Source: Bacteroidales bacterium (lineage in GTDB: Bacteria > Bacteroidota > Bacteroidia > Bacteroidales > UBA12077). From it: 64,000 nt of DNA. Positions 22,008 to 31,909 of this stretch are shown here, piece by piece; within the stretch, counting starts at the first letter, position 1, and each line of letters starts with the position of its first letter. A program made the translations under genes and the position numbers. The stretch lies in assembly GCA_028282585.1 (NCBI GenBank), contig JANQHR010000040.1, positions 32,299 through 96,298 of the forward strand, written 5' to 3'. The notes under the pieces were generated by a model that was not told the DNA's origin, searched no databases, and saw nothing but the letters and a program-made list of their open reading frames with translations.

Positions 22008-25000
22008 ATGAAGAAACCATTACTTTACAAAAATCCAAAGTACTTTAAGTTATTTAAAAAATTTCGAAACCTGTACTTACGAATAAAAAGTATGCTCCAT
22101 GATGGATCATATTTTCTTTTAGCGGACCGATTTAAAAAATCTCTTTTTCAAAAGTTCAAATTACTATATGAACGTTTAAATAAAATGCAGTTAAACCTTG
22201 GAATAAAAACTGCGGGCATAGCTACTGCTTTTCTCTTCATTAGTAATATTGTTGATGCTCAAACAGAAATGCCTAAGGTGTGGGTTGAGAATGAAAAGGG
22301 AACCGATATCTTCAATAGTGGTATTATGCATGATGATTATACTATTGCAAAATTTGTAGATATTGATAACGATGGTGATGAAGACTTATTCTTAGCTGGC
22401 TTAGATAATAATTCTGGAAAATATTCCTTTAGGTTTTTTGAAAATCAAGGATATGGCGAAGAAGAAATGTTTATAGAGGAAAGTGAAGCAGATACTTTAC
22501 TTCCATTTACAGGTTCCAGTTCTAATCCTCCATTTTTCGATTTTATGGATGTAGACGGAGATAACGATTTAGATGCATTCATAATTAACCATGCCGTTTC
22601 TGCAAAAGTTGAATATTACGAAAATATTGGAACTGTAAGTTCTCCTGAATTTGAGCCAGGTGATAATTGCGATAATCCATTTTATAATATTCTTTTTAAC
22701 GCTTCAATAGTATTTGAAGATTTAGACGGTGATGATGACTTAGATGCTGTTTTACCCTATGACGGTGCAGTAAATTATTATGAAAATGATGCAGGCATTT
22801 TTACCCATACTACAGGATCAGATAACCCTTTTAATAGTGTCTACCTTTATTATTATTCAGTTCTTGATTTTGAGGACATTGATGGTGATGGAGATATAGA
22901 TGCAATAGTTGGGGACCAATGCTATGGTACCAGGTTCTTAGAAAACATTTCAACCACCGACTTAGCATATTTTGCTTTTTCATGCAACAATCCAATAGAA
23001 TTTCAATATGGATATAACCATCATCCAAGTTTTGCAGACTTAGACGAAGATGATGATATGGATTTAATTGTATCTGACTATCGTCGAGAGAATATAAATT
23101 TACAATATTATGAAAACGGCGTAGACACATTCATATTCCAGGGAGCTCCGCCTAAGGTTCAAATCCCAATAGTTCTTGAGTATGGACAAGCTTCTCTTTT
23201 TTTAGATTTAGACGATGATGGGGACCTAGACCTGTATATTGATAATAAATATTATAATGGTGCTGACCGCTTTTATGAGAATATTGGTAATAAAGAAAAT
23301 CCCAAATTTAGAGCAAGAAATTTATCAGGTTTTGGATTACCTGAAAACCTGCATTACACCAGAGAATCATTTATTGATATTGATAATGATGGTGATTACG
23401 ATATGTTTGTTGCTAATTACTATGCGTATTATGGCGATTATACCGAATACTATAAAAATATTGGAACACCGGAAAACTCAAACTTTGAATTACAAGATCA
23501 ATCAAACAACCCACTAAATGGGATATATGCGGGAGACTATATAAATGCATTAGCCATGGCGGACATGGACGAGGATGGTGATTATGATGTAATTTACAAT
23601 ACCTATATATCTGGGTCAGGCAGCATGACATTTGTTTATGAAAATACGGGAACGGTTGAAGAAGCAAGTTTTGTTCAAGCAAGTTTTTCTGATAATCCTT
23701 TCGAAAACATATATTATCCTTATCATATGGTTTTTGAAGATATGGATAATGACGAGGACCTTGATTTGTTGATCGAAGAATGCGGAGGGTTTTCTTATTT
23801 TGAAAATATAGATGAAGCAAAATCTGACATTTATTTTATTGAAAGAACTGGCGAGCTTAACCCGTTAGATACAATGGGGAATGCTGACTCTAATTGGGGA
23901 TTCGGAAGATTATTTGATGAAGATGAGATTGCTTTAATTCTTCAGGACCGTAGCTCTCCAGTTAAAGGTAAAGACTTTAAACCTGGCATAAAAGGGAATA
24001 AAGGCAAAAACTTTAAAGCTCCTGTTCCTGATGAGCTTGAAGTTAAATATTACAACTACAAGGACCTCCTCTCAATAGATGACAAAACTATATTGATGGA
24101 TGAGAACACAACTGAAGAAACTTTAATTGAAACACTAGCTGCTGAATATTATGGAGACGGAACTTTAACTTATACATTAGATGATGACGGAGTATCAGTC
24201 CCATTTAGTGTTACAGCTGACGAATTAAGCACAGCGTCAGGGTCAAGTTTCGATTTTGAAACATTAGATGATCCTAGTTATGAGTTTAAAATTAAAGTTA
24301 ATGATGGAACGTATACTGATTCTGCTTCCTATATTGTTACAATTGTCAATATTAACGATAATGCGCCAGTATTTAATGACCAAATAGTAAGCCTCGATGA
24401 AAATCCTAGTGTTGATGATATTGTTGCAACCTTCAACGCTACCGATGCTGATGAACTTGGCGACTTAACATATTCAATAACAGCAGGAAATACCGATGAT
24501 GCCTTTGAGATAAGTGGTAATACGGTTGTAGTTAAAACTGCAGGTGTTATAGATTATGAAACTTTATCCCAAACTACTTATTCTCTTACGGTAGAAGCTT
24601 CTGATGGAACATTGACAGATGATGCAACAATTACAGTTAATATCAATAATATTAATGATAATACACCTGTATTTAATGACCAAACAGTAAGTCTCGATGA
24701 AAATCCTAGTGTTGACGATATTGTTGCAACCTTCAATGCTACAGACGCTGATAACTTGGGTGCTTTAACATATTCAATTGTTGATGGCAATACAGGTAAT
24801 GTATTCGAAATAAGCAATGATGACATTATTGTCAGCGCTGCAGAATTAATTGATTATGAAACATTGCCGCAGGATCATTACACATTAACTGTGCAAGCTT
24901 CCGATGGAACAAATACCGATGATGCTCAATTAACCGTAAACATCAATAACTTAAATGACAATGCTCCTGTGTTGGATGACCAAACAGTGAACATTGATGA

Positions 25001-25517
25001 AAGTCCTGCTAACGGCAGTCTGGTTGCGACATTAAATGCAACCGATGCTGATAATTTAGGTACTTTAACCTATTCCATTACTGCTGGAAATACCGACGAA
25101 GCATTCGAAATTAGCACCAATACTGTTATTGTAAAAACAGGTAGTGTTATCGATTATGAAACTGTAACAAATCATCAATTTATTTTAACAGTTCAGGTTT
25201 CCGATGGAGAACTTACAGATGATGCTGCAATTACAGTTAATATTAATAATCCGACAGGAATTGAAGATATCTTGAAGAACGAATTGTTGTTCTACCCAAA
25301 TCCTGCTAAAGATGAATTAAACCTGGTAATAGGTTCTGAACTAAAAGAGGAAATTGATATTAAGATTGTAAACAGCATTGGTAACATTGTTAGATCAGAG
25401 AAATTTAATAATCAAAATGAATTTAGACTGGATGTTTCTAACTTAAGCTCTGGTATTTATTTCTTACAAGTAAACGTTGGAGAAGAAACAGTTACCAAGA
25501 AAATAATTATTAAATAA
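22008..25517 (+). CDS. T9SS-secreted FG-GAP (DxDxDGDxD) repeat and cadherin-domain protein
   Basis: About 9 DxDxDGDxD...Y(F)ENxG repeats, 4 cadherin-like domains (DYET, ATDAD, NINDNAP) and a CTD with YPNP...LSSGIYFL...KIIIK. Confidence 0.9.
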   Translation: MKKPLLYKNPKYFKLFKKFRNLYLRIKSMLHDGSYFLLADRFKKSLFQKFKLLYERLNKMQLNLGIKTAGIATAFLFISNIVDAQTEMPKVWVENEKGTDIFNSGIMHDDYTIAKFVDIDNDGDEDLFLAGLDNNSGKYSFRFFENQGYGEEEMFIEESEADTLLPFTGSSSNPPFFDFMDVDGDNDLDAFIINHAVSAKVEYYENIGTVSSPEFEPGDNCDNPFYNILFNASIVFEDLDGDDDLDAVLPYDGAVNYYENDAGIFTHTTGSDNPFNSVYLYYYSVLDFEDIDGDGDIDAIVGDQCYGTRFLENISTTDLAYFAFSCNNPIEFQYGYNHHPSFADLDEDDDMDLIVSDYRRENINLQYYENGVDTFIFQGAPPKVQIPIVLEYGQASLFLDLDDDGDLDLYIDNKYYNGADRFYENIGNKENPKFRARNLSGFGLPENLHYTRESFIDIDNDGDYDMFVANYYAYYGDYTEYYKNIGTPENSNFELQDQSNNPLNGIYAGDYINALAMADMDEDGDYDVIYNTYISGSGSMTFVYENTGTVEEASFVQASFSDNPFENIYYPYHMVFEDMDNDEDLDLLIEECGGFSYFENIDEAKSDIYFIERTGELNPLDTMGNADSNWGFGRLFDEDEIALILQDRSSPVKGKDFKPGIKGNKGKNFKAPVPDELEVKYYNYKDLLSIDDKTILMDENTTEETLIETLAAEYYGDGTLTYTLDDDGVSVPFSVTADELSTASGSSFDFETLDDPSYEFKIKVNDGTYTDSASYIVTIVNINDNAPVFNDQIVSLDENPSVDDIVATFNATDADELGDLTYSITAGNTDDAFEISGNTVVVKTAGVIDYETLSQTTYSLTVEASDGTLTDDATITVNINNINDNTPVFNDQTVSLDENPSVDDIVATFNATDADNLGALTYSIVDGNTGNVFEISNDDIIVSAAELIDYETLPQDHYTLTVQASDGTNTDDAQLTVNINNLNDNAPVLDDQTVNIDESPANGSLVATLNATDADNLGTLTYSITAGNTDEAFEISTNTVIVKTGSVIDYETVTNHQFILTVQVSDGELTDDAAITVNINNPTGIEDILKNELLFYPNPAKDELNLVIGSELKEEIDIKIVNSIGNIVRSEKFNNQNEFRLDVSNLSSGIYFLQVNVGEETVTKKIIIK
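24352..25250 (+). repeat. Three tandem ~300-bp cadherin-coding repeats
   Basis: Exact 300-bp period. For example, GTATTTAATGACCAAAxAGTAAGxCTCGATGAAAATCCTAGTGTTGA occurs at 24370 and 24670, and a third, diverged copy begins near 24970. Confidence 0.9.
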
Positions 25518-25543
25518 GTTATTCATATTCTCTTTATAAATTT

Positions 25544-25572
25544 GAGTGTCTCTAAAATTGGGACACTCTTTT
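25544..25572. terminator. Terminator between convergent genes
   Basis: GAGTGTC-N11-GACACTC followed by TTTT, between the stops of the FG-GAP and GT41 genes. Confidence 0.65.
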
Positions 25573-27973
25573 ATTTAATATGAAAAGATTGTGCCACACT
25601 GCCAGATAAATAATTTTCCCAGATCTTGTCGAATCCTTTTTCAAGATTTCTGGCAAATTGCTTAGAATCAAATAAAGCTGAATTTAAAATACTGCTTTCC
25701 AATTCCTGGCTTATTAACTCTAATTTATCAGGATTTTTTCCGTAATAAATTGCTCTTTCTTTATACTCTTCAATTGAAGTACAAATAAAATCATTTAAAC
25801 CAGCTGCATTAAGGATAGAAGTTCCCATACGTGAAGCATTTGTATTTCCGGTATAAGTTAAAACAGGCAAGCCAGCCTGCAAAGCATTTACAGCAGTTGA
25901 TCCCGCCGTATAATAAAATGTATCCAAAAATAAATTACAAACCGAATTTCTTGCCATATAATCAGGGAACGGTAAATTCTCTGCAAAAATTATTCTGCTA
26001 GAATCTAAACTTCTTTTTTTTATCTCATTTATTACGTTTTGTTTATAAATACCTGATCCTCCTTTAAGTAAAAGAACACTTTCAGGTACTTTTTTCAGCA
26101 CTTCAACCCAGATATCAAATATTTCAGGAGAGAGCTTATATTGAGAGTTAAAGCAACAATAAATAAAAACATTTTCAGGCAAATTAAAATCACTTCTTTT
26201 CTTTTTATCTTTATTAACATCCAAGACAGAACCCGGAAAGCCATAAGGCAATCGTACAACTTTTTCGTAATAATATGGTTCATGATCATGAGGAATCAAT
26301 TGCTCATCACCAAAAATATATTGAATAAACGAATCTCCCATTGTACCAGGAAAACCAACCATTTGACACTGAACCGGGGCTGGTTGTAAAGCTAAAATTT
26401 CTGTTCTTGTATAGGTTGTGTAACCCGATAAATCGATTAAAATATCAATATTTAGATCATAGATCTTTTTTGCTGCCTGCCCTAGTGGAACGTTATATAA
26501 AGAAATAAAATGATCACAATGTTCTCTGAACTTATTCTGAATAGGGTCCTTTTCCAAATCAGCTATAATTGAAAAGCAGTATACCTCATATTCATCTTTG
26601 TTATGTTCGCCAATAAAATCAACCGTTACTCTACCTGTCGGATGATCCCGAAAATCAGGTGAAATATAACCAATGCGAAGTTTTTCTTTCACCACTGGCC
26701 TATGCTTAAACTTAACTTCAGATTTTAATCGTTCAACTTTTCTTAAATTATTTCTAGCTGTATGCTCTGATGCTCTTTTTAAAAATTCTTTATCTTGTTT
26801 AAAGTAGTTAAGGTTTAAAAATGGAATGGGAGCATTTGTTTCCTGTTCAATTTGTTTTAAACTTATTTCTCTTAAAGTTCTTTCATCATCTTTTCTTTGA
26901 CTCCAATCACAAACATTTAATCTATGCCTAATTAATTCATGTTGAACAGTAAAATTATCCGGATTTACTCTTATCGCTTTTGATAAAAATTCTATGGCTT
27001 TTTCATCCTGCTTTAAATCACTGTATGATTTAGCCATCGCATATAATAAAAGATCCGAATCTTGATTAAGTTTATAGGCTAAATTATATGCCTTCTGCGC
27101 TTTTTTAAAAAAACCTGTTTGATGATAAGATATTCCTAATTGATACAAAGTTTCGTAATGTTCTGGAAATAATTCATGATTTTTTGATAAAAGCCTGATT
27201 GCCAATTTAAAATCTCCATTATTGATAGCAAGTATGGCAGACCCGAATAAAATATCAGGGATTTTTTGAGTTTTTTTGAATAAATCTTCAAATGCCTTCA
27301 TAGCCTTTTCATAAGGGTAAATCCTTCCGTAAAGTTCCATCAAATTCTTATAACCTTTTTCCAATCCAGGATTTAATATTATGGCCCTTTCATATTCCTT
27401 TAAAGCTTCCTCATATTTATTTTTTAATTGTAAAATATTCCCAAAATTCAAATGAAGCTGAGCATTTTCAGGATTCAATTTGAGGGCTTTTCGATACAAT
27501 TCTTCAGCTTTATCAACTTTTCCTGTACCATGGTATATATTACCTAAATTATTTAAAGCTATAATAGATTGAGGTTTTATTTCTAATACCTTATTATAAA
27601 TTTCAATTGCTTCCTTATTTTTATTTTCTTTTCGATAAATTTTAGCAAGATTTATCATCGCAGGAGTATACTTCTCATCCAAAATAATTGATTGCGAAAA
27701 AAAATTTTTAGCATTCACTAAGTTATCTAATTGAATATATGCTTTACCAATATTATTTAATATCTCGGGGTTATTAGCATTTACTTTATTTGCCCTTTCT
27801 AAAAATCGTAAAGCTATGTTTGGTTTTTTAGCTTTTAAATACAACTTACCAGCGTTAACAAGCCCTTGTAAATGATTTGGATTTTGCTTTAGTATTTCTT
27901 GGTAAAGATTAAGTGCTTCTTGATATTTTCCTTCTTTATATTTTTGCAGTGCAATTATTAAGATATCTTCCAT
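25571..27973 (-). CDS. TPR-repeat O-GlcNAc transferase / SPINDLY-like glycosyltransferase (GT41)
   Basis: About 10 TPRs followed by GYISPDFRDHPT, DILIDLSGYT, PAPVQ, FNSQYKLSP, FLDTF and GLPVLT. No signal peptide. Confidence 0.9.
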   Translation of the reverse strand: MEDILIIALQKYKEGKYQEALNLYQEILKQNPNHLQGLVNAGKLYLKAKKPNIALRFLERANKVNANNPEILNNIGKAYIQLDNLVNAKNFFSQSIILDEKYTPAMINLAKIYRKENKNKEAIEIYNKVLEIKPQSIIALNNLGNIYHGTGKVDKAEELYRKALKLNPENAQLHLNFGNILQLKNKYEEALKEYERAIILNPGLEKGYKNLMELYGRIYPYEKAMKAFEDLFKKTQKIPDILFGSAILAINNGDFKLAIRLLSKNHELFPEHYETLYQLGISYHQTGFFKKAQKAYNLAYKLNQDSDLLLYAMAKSYSDLKQDEKAIEFLSKAIRVNPDNFTVQHELIRHRLNVCDWSQRKDDERTLREISLKQIEQETNAPIPFLNLNYFKQDKEFLKRASEHTARNNLRKVERLKSEVKFKHRPVVKEKLRIGYISPDFRDHPTGRVTVDFIGEHNKDEYEVYCFSIIADLEKDPIQNKFREHCDHFISLYNVPLGQAAKKIYDLNIDILIDLSGYTTYTRTEILALQPAPVQCQMVGFPGTMGDSFIQYIFGDEQLIPHDHEPYYYEKVVRLPYGFPGSVLDVNKDKKKRSDFNLPENVFIYCCFNSQYKLSPEIFDIWVEVLKKVPESVLLLKGGSGIYKQNVINEIKKRSLDSSRIIFAENLPFPDYMARNSVCNLFLDTFYYTAGSTAVNALQAGLPVLTYTGNTNASRMGTSILNAAGLNDFICTSIEEYKERAIYYGKNPDKLELISQELESSILNSALFDSKQFARNLEKGFDKIWENYLSGSVAQSFHIK

Positions 27974-28045
27974 AGGTTCAAATTTATCACAACGAACTTA
28001 GGAAATATTATTGAATTTTGGAATTTCTCTTCATTAAATTATAAT

Positions 28046-28072
28046 TTAAAAACCCTCGCTTTCACGAGGGCT
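28046..28072 (-). terminator. Intrinsic terminator with a GAAA tetraloop
   Basis: Minus strand CCCTCGT-GAAA-GCGAGGG-TTTTT. No protein gene ends here, which implies a non-coding transcript upstream on the minus strand. Confidence 0.65.
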
Positions 28073-28185
28073 AACGCTTTTGCAAATTCTAAAAACTCTA
28101 CTGATTTTTTTACAAATAACCCTAATCTAACTTTGCAAGAGTGCTATATGAATCCTATGAAGAAACTGGTGTTTTTCATAAAACT

Positions 28186-28295
28186 AAAAAGGGCAGAGAG
28201 GTTGTCTAAGAATTAGGCTCATTATATTTAAATCTCGGCTTAATCTCTAAAGGCATATATAATTCCTAAGTTCAGCTTAACCACTCTACCTTATA
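28186..28295 (-). ncRNA. Probable 6S-like RNA (6S-Flavo / Bacteroidota type)
   Basis: The minus strand forms a rod: GGUAGAGUGGUU pairs with AACCUCUCUGCC and GAACUUAGG pairs with CCUAAUUC, followed by a U-tract. The AACUUAGGAAUU...CCUUUA...GCCUAAUUCUU pattern resembles 6S-Flavo as I recall it; it was not searched. Confidence 0.55.
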
Positions 28296-28389
28296 TATTG
28301 CTCTTGCCAATATGATAACATTAACACTGTTTACCCTATCTAAATAAACTTTTTTTTGTTTTAACTGTTTTCTAATAAAACTTTAAAAT

Positions 28390-28968
28390 ATGGCATTTAC
28401 ATTACAAATTGGAGATAAAGCACCGGATTTTAATTTACCGGCAACAGATGGTAGTTCATATCAATTATCTGACTTTAATGAGAAAATACTGGTTATATTT
28501 TTTACTTGCAATCATTGTCCATATGTAATTGGTTCTGATGAAACAACAAGAAAAACAGTGGAAAAATATACACCGCAAGGAGTTCGGTTTATAGGTATTA
28601 ATTCTAATAGTAAAAATACTTATGAAGAGGATAGTTTCCCTAACATGGTTAAAAGAATGGAAGAAAATAGTTTTCCATGGTTATATTTATATGATGAATC
28701 TCAAGATATAGCTATGGATTATGGTGCCTTGAAAACACCGCACTTTTTTGTTTTCAATGAATCAAGGCATTTGATATATACAGGACGCGCTATTGATAAT
28801 CCACGGGATCCATCAAAAATGACAGTAAACGATCTGGAGAATATTTTAGATAAACATTTAGCAGATAAAGAAATTTGCCCGAAAGTTACAAATCCTATTG
28901 GTTGTAATATTAAATGGGAAGGAAAAGATAAACACTGGATGCCTGCAGAAGCATGTGACTTAGTGTAA
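28390..28968 (+). CDS. Cytoplasmic AhpC/TSA-type thioredoxin-family protein
   Basis: [25 protein letters not shown] and PIGCNIKW; no signal peptide. Confidence 0.9.
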   Translation: MAFTLQIGDKAPDFNLPATDGSSYQLSDFNEKILVIFFTCNHCPYVIGSDETTRKTVEKYTPQGVRFIGINSNSKNTYEEDSFPNMVKRMEENSFPWLYLYDESQDIAMDYGALKTPHFFVFNESRHLIYTGRAIDNPRDPSKMTVNDLENILDKHLADKEICPKVTNPIGCNIKWEGKDKHWMPAEACDLV

Positions 28969-28984
28969 AACTGAAAAAGCTACA

Positions 28985-29180
28985 TTAATTTATACATGGC
29001 TTTCTTCTTTTTGGTTTTCATCAATTAATGAAATGATTGTCATAATTTTACCTGATAAAATTGATATAATATAATTCTTGACACATTGCGTGTTGGGATA
29101 TATTTATAATATTTAATAGTGATTCTTTCTAAAAACCTTCCTATAACCCTTACTTGCAATGATGTTCCATGGGATAATTT
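28985..29180 (-). pseudogene. Decayed duplicate of the small gene at 37240-37494
   Basis: TTAAT...TGGCTTTCTTCTTTTTGGTTTTCATCAATTAATGA matches the 3' end of the 37240 gene. Further colinear patches (GTCATAATTT, CTGATAAAA, ACCCTTACT, GGGAxA) are interrupted by indels. Confidence 0.6.
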
Positions 29181-29290
29181 AGAATGGTTTACTGCAGAAT
29201 TTATTTCATTAGTTTTGTATACAATTATTGTTCAAATCAGTTTAAAATAAGTCAATTTTCATGTAAATTAGATCCTATTAAATTGTCTTA

Positions 29291-31906
29291 ATGAAAAAGG
29301 TATTTTTAACACTCTGTTTTATTACAATTATATTTAATTTATTATCCGGACATGACTATCTAAAAAAACTTTATGATAAAAGTGATGGTTTGTCCAGTAC
29401 CAATATATTTTCAATTTATCAAGATTCGGAAGGTTATATATGGATTGGAACGGATCAAGGCTTAAGTCGTTTTGATGGCTATGAATTTATTAATTATTCG
29501 GAACCAAAAGAAATTATAAACAATCCAATTGTAGACATTGTACAAACCAAAAATGATAAGTTTTTATTAATAACAAAAGACGGGAACCTATGGAAATTTA
29601 ACCGGGTAAACATATTAAAGTACTCAGATAAAGAAATATTTCTTAACCATCGATTCACTAATATTGAAAATTATAGTAATCAATTATTAGTATCTTTTTA
29701 TAACAAGCCCGGATTGTATAAATTGCTTGAAGATTCATTAATCATTACTGCCAACGAGATAAAAAATGATAAAGTTTTAAAGCTTAAACAAGACCGTAAC
29801 AACAACATTTTTATTACTACAGACAAAGGGATTCTTCAATACAAAAATGACTCTGTTTTTCCTTTGTTAATAAACGATACAACTATATACAGAGATTATC
29901 TGATCCAACCTGTTGACACAAGTTGGTATGGCAATCAATATAACAAAGAAGTACATTGGCATACAACTAAAGAACATGGAATATTTATTAATTATGATAA
30001 TTTCTGGGAACATTATGCCGGGGATGAAAATTCCTGGTTTACAGATTTAAATGATAATTCTTACGGAGAGGTTTGGGCTTCAACCTTAATAGGGATGTTT
30101 CGATTAATTTTCTTGAACCCTGATTACGGATATTTATACACTGAACTCCGGCAAAAAAAAATTATTTCAACCTTAATTGATAATAACGATATTCTTTGGA
30201 TTGGAGCACTTGGTAAAGGATTGTATCAATTTACGCGAACTAATTTTATAAATTATTTATTTCCTTACGGTTTTCCTGGAACATCAGCGAAAGTTCTATT
30301 CAAAGATGGTTACGATGATATTTGGTTTGGTGCTAAAAGTTATGGTATTGTAAAACTTCATCCGTATTTCCTTAAAAAATATGATTTAAGGGATAAATAT
30401 CCGTCGCCCAATGTTCTTTGTGGCTTAAAAAAGGATTCTTTACTAGTTTTTGGAGGGAAAAACATTCTTTTGGAGTTTAAGGAAGATCATTTTATTGACT
30501 TTAACCGTAAAGGATTACCTGCAAAATTTTTAATGTCAAACCTGGAATTAACATCTGCCGGTAATTTAGTAGCATTGATCAACAAATCGGAACTATGGGA
30601 ATATAATGATACCGGTTGGACAAAAAAAACAATTCCCTCCGAATTAAATATTATTAATAGCTTATATAAGGACTCTAATAATGTTGTTTGGTTATGTTCA
30701 AATCAGGGTGTTTACAGTTATTCCGAAGAAATAGCTCAAAAAAGATATCATATAACCGGTGCAACAACAATTTGTCAATCTGACAGTAATACATTTTGGA
30801 TTGGTACGGGTAATGGAGTTCATGTAGTAAAAAATGATTCCTTAACAAATCATTTCACTACGATTGACGGATTAATTAGCGACAACGTTAATTCTATTTC
30901 TGCTTTAGATGATAAGATTTTTATTGGAAGCGAACAAGGGTTAGTTATTTATTACAATAAAGAATTTCATCAGTTTACAACTAGTTTAGGTTTAATTAGC
31001 AATAATATTTCGGAAGGAAAAATTGAATTTGTTGAAAACCATTTAGCTTATATTGGTACAAAAAACGGTTTCTCAGCATTTGAATTAAGGCATTTCGATG
31101 AAAAGTCAAACCCAATTTGTAATTTAAATAAAATCACTACCAATAAAGACACAATTATTCTAAATAAAAAAACGAATGTACTCCATAACCTATCTTATTC
31201 AGCCAAAGTAAATGATTTAAGTTTCTTCTTCAGTATTATTGATTTTAGGCATTCCAATAAAAAGCTTCGGTATAAAGTTTTCAAAAACAGCAAACTAAAA
31301 GAAGTAAATGAAATAAAGTCACCGCAAATAATATTTAAAAATTATGACCCAGGCTATTATCAAGTAGAACTGGAAACAAATACTATTACAAAAAATTGGG
31401 AACTACTTTATACAATAAATTTTAAGATTAAACCTAAATGGTATAACACAATGCTTGCCTATATTATTTATATCTTAATACTTGCTTCATTAGCTCTTAT
31501 ACCATATTATTTAAGAAAACAAAGCAAACGGAAAAAGTATAAGACAAGTTCTCTGTCGAAAGTAAAAGCTAAAGATATTATTTGTCAATTGATAGATTTA
31601 CTGGAAAAAGAAAAAATCTATCAAGATCCTGATTTATCTCTCAATTCCTTATCTAAAAAGCTTAGTTGTTCCAAAGAATATATTTCACAGGTAATTAATA
31701 CCGAATTCAAACAAAATTTCAATTCCTTAATTAACAGATACAGGGTTAAAGAAGCTGAATATTTGCTTAAAAATAAGAAGGGAGACTTTAGCTCCATTCT
31801 TGAGGTTGGTTTTGAAGTCGGTTTTAATTCAAAGTCTGCATTTAATACCGCTTTTAAAAAATTTACAAACTATACACCCACAGAGTATCGAAAGAAGTAT
31901 AGTTAA
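29291..31906 (+). CDS. One-component transmembrane AraC regulator (sensor beta-propeller, TM helix, AraC HTH)
   Basis: Reg_prop repeats (DGLSST...IYQDSEGYIWIGT), PKWYNT followed by a TM helix, and a C-terminal GFNSKSAFNTAFKKFTNYTPTEYR. No kinase or receiver domain. Confidence 0.9.
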   Translation: MKKVFLTLCFITIIFNLLSGHDYLKKLYDKSDGLSSTNIFSIYQDSEGYIWIGTDQGLSRFDGYEFINYSEPKEIINNPIVDIVQTKNDKFLLITKDGNLWKFNRVNILKYSDKEIFLNHRFTNIENYSNQLLVSFYNKPGLYKLLEDSLIITANEIKNDKVLKLKQDRNNNIFITTDKGILQYKNDSVFPLLINDTTIYRDYLIQPVDTSWYGNQYNKEVHWHTTKEHGIFINYDNFWEHYAGDENSWFTDLNDNSYGEVWASTLIGMFRLIFLNPDYGYLYTELRQKKIISTLIDNNDILWIGALGKGLYQFTRTNFINYLFPYGFPGTSAKVLFKDGYDDIWFGAKSYGIVKLHPYFLKKYDLRDKYPSPNVLCGLKKDSLLVFGGKNILLEFKEDHFIDFNRKGLPAKFLMSNLELTSAGNLVALINKSELWEYNDTGWTKKTIPSELNIINSLYKDSNNVVWLCSNQGVYSYSEEIAQKRYHITGATTICQSDSNTFWIGTGNGVHVVKNDSLTNHFTTIDGLISDNVNSISALDDKIFIGSEQGLVIYYNKEFHQFTTSLGLISNNISEGKIEFVENHLAYIGTKNGFSAFELRHFDEKSNPICNLNKITTNKDTIILNKKTNVLHNLSYSAKVNDLSFFFSIIDFRHSNKKLRYKVFKNSKLKEVNEIKSPQIIFKNYDPGYYQVELETNTITKNWELLYTINFKIKPKWYNTMLAYIIYILILASLALIPYYLRKQSKRKKYKTSSLSKVKAKDIICQLIDLLEKEKIYQDPDLSLNSLSKKLSCSKEYISQVINTEFKQNFNSLINRYRVKEAEYLLKNKKGDFSSILEVGFEVGFNSKSAFNTAFKKFTNYTPTEYRKKYS

Positions 31907-31909
31907 TAA

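Noticed and set aside
22300-25250. Repeated DNA as a possible CRISPR array or mobile repeat
   Set aside because: The repeats are in-frame FG-GAP and cadherin coding units without a repeat-spacer structure, and no cas genes are present.
28135-28307. Retron msr-msd or MITE, suggested by the outer inverted repeat enclosing hairpins
   Set aside because: There is no reverse transcriptase or transposase in the window, no second copy and no evident target-site duplication. A 6S-like RNA explains the inner stem better.
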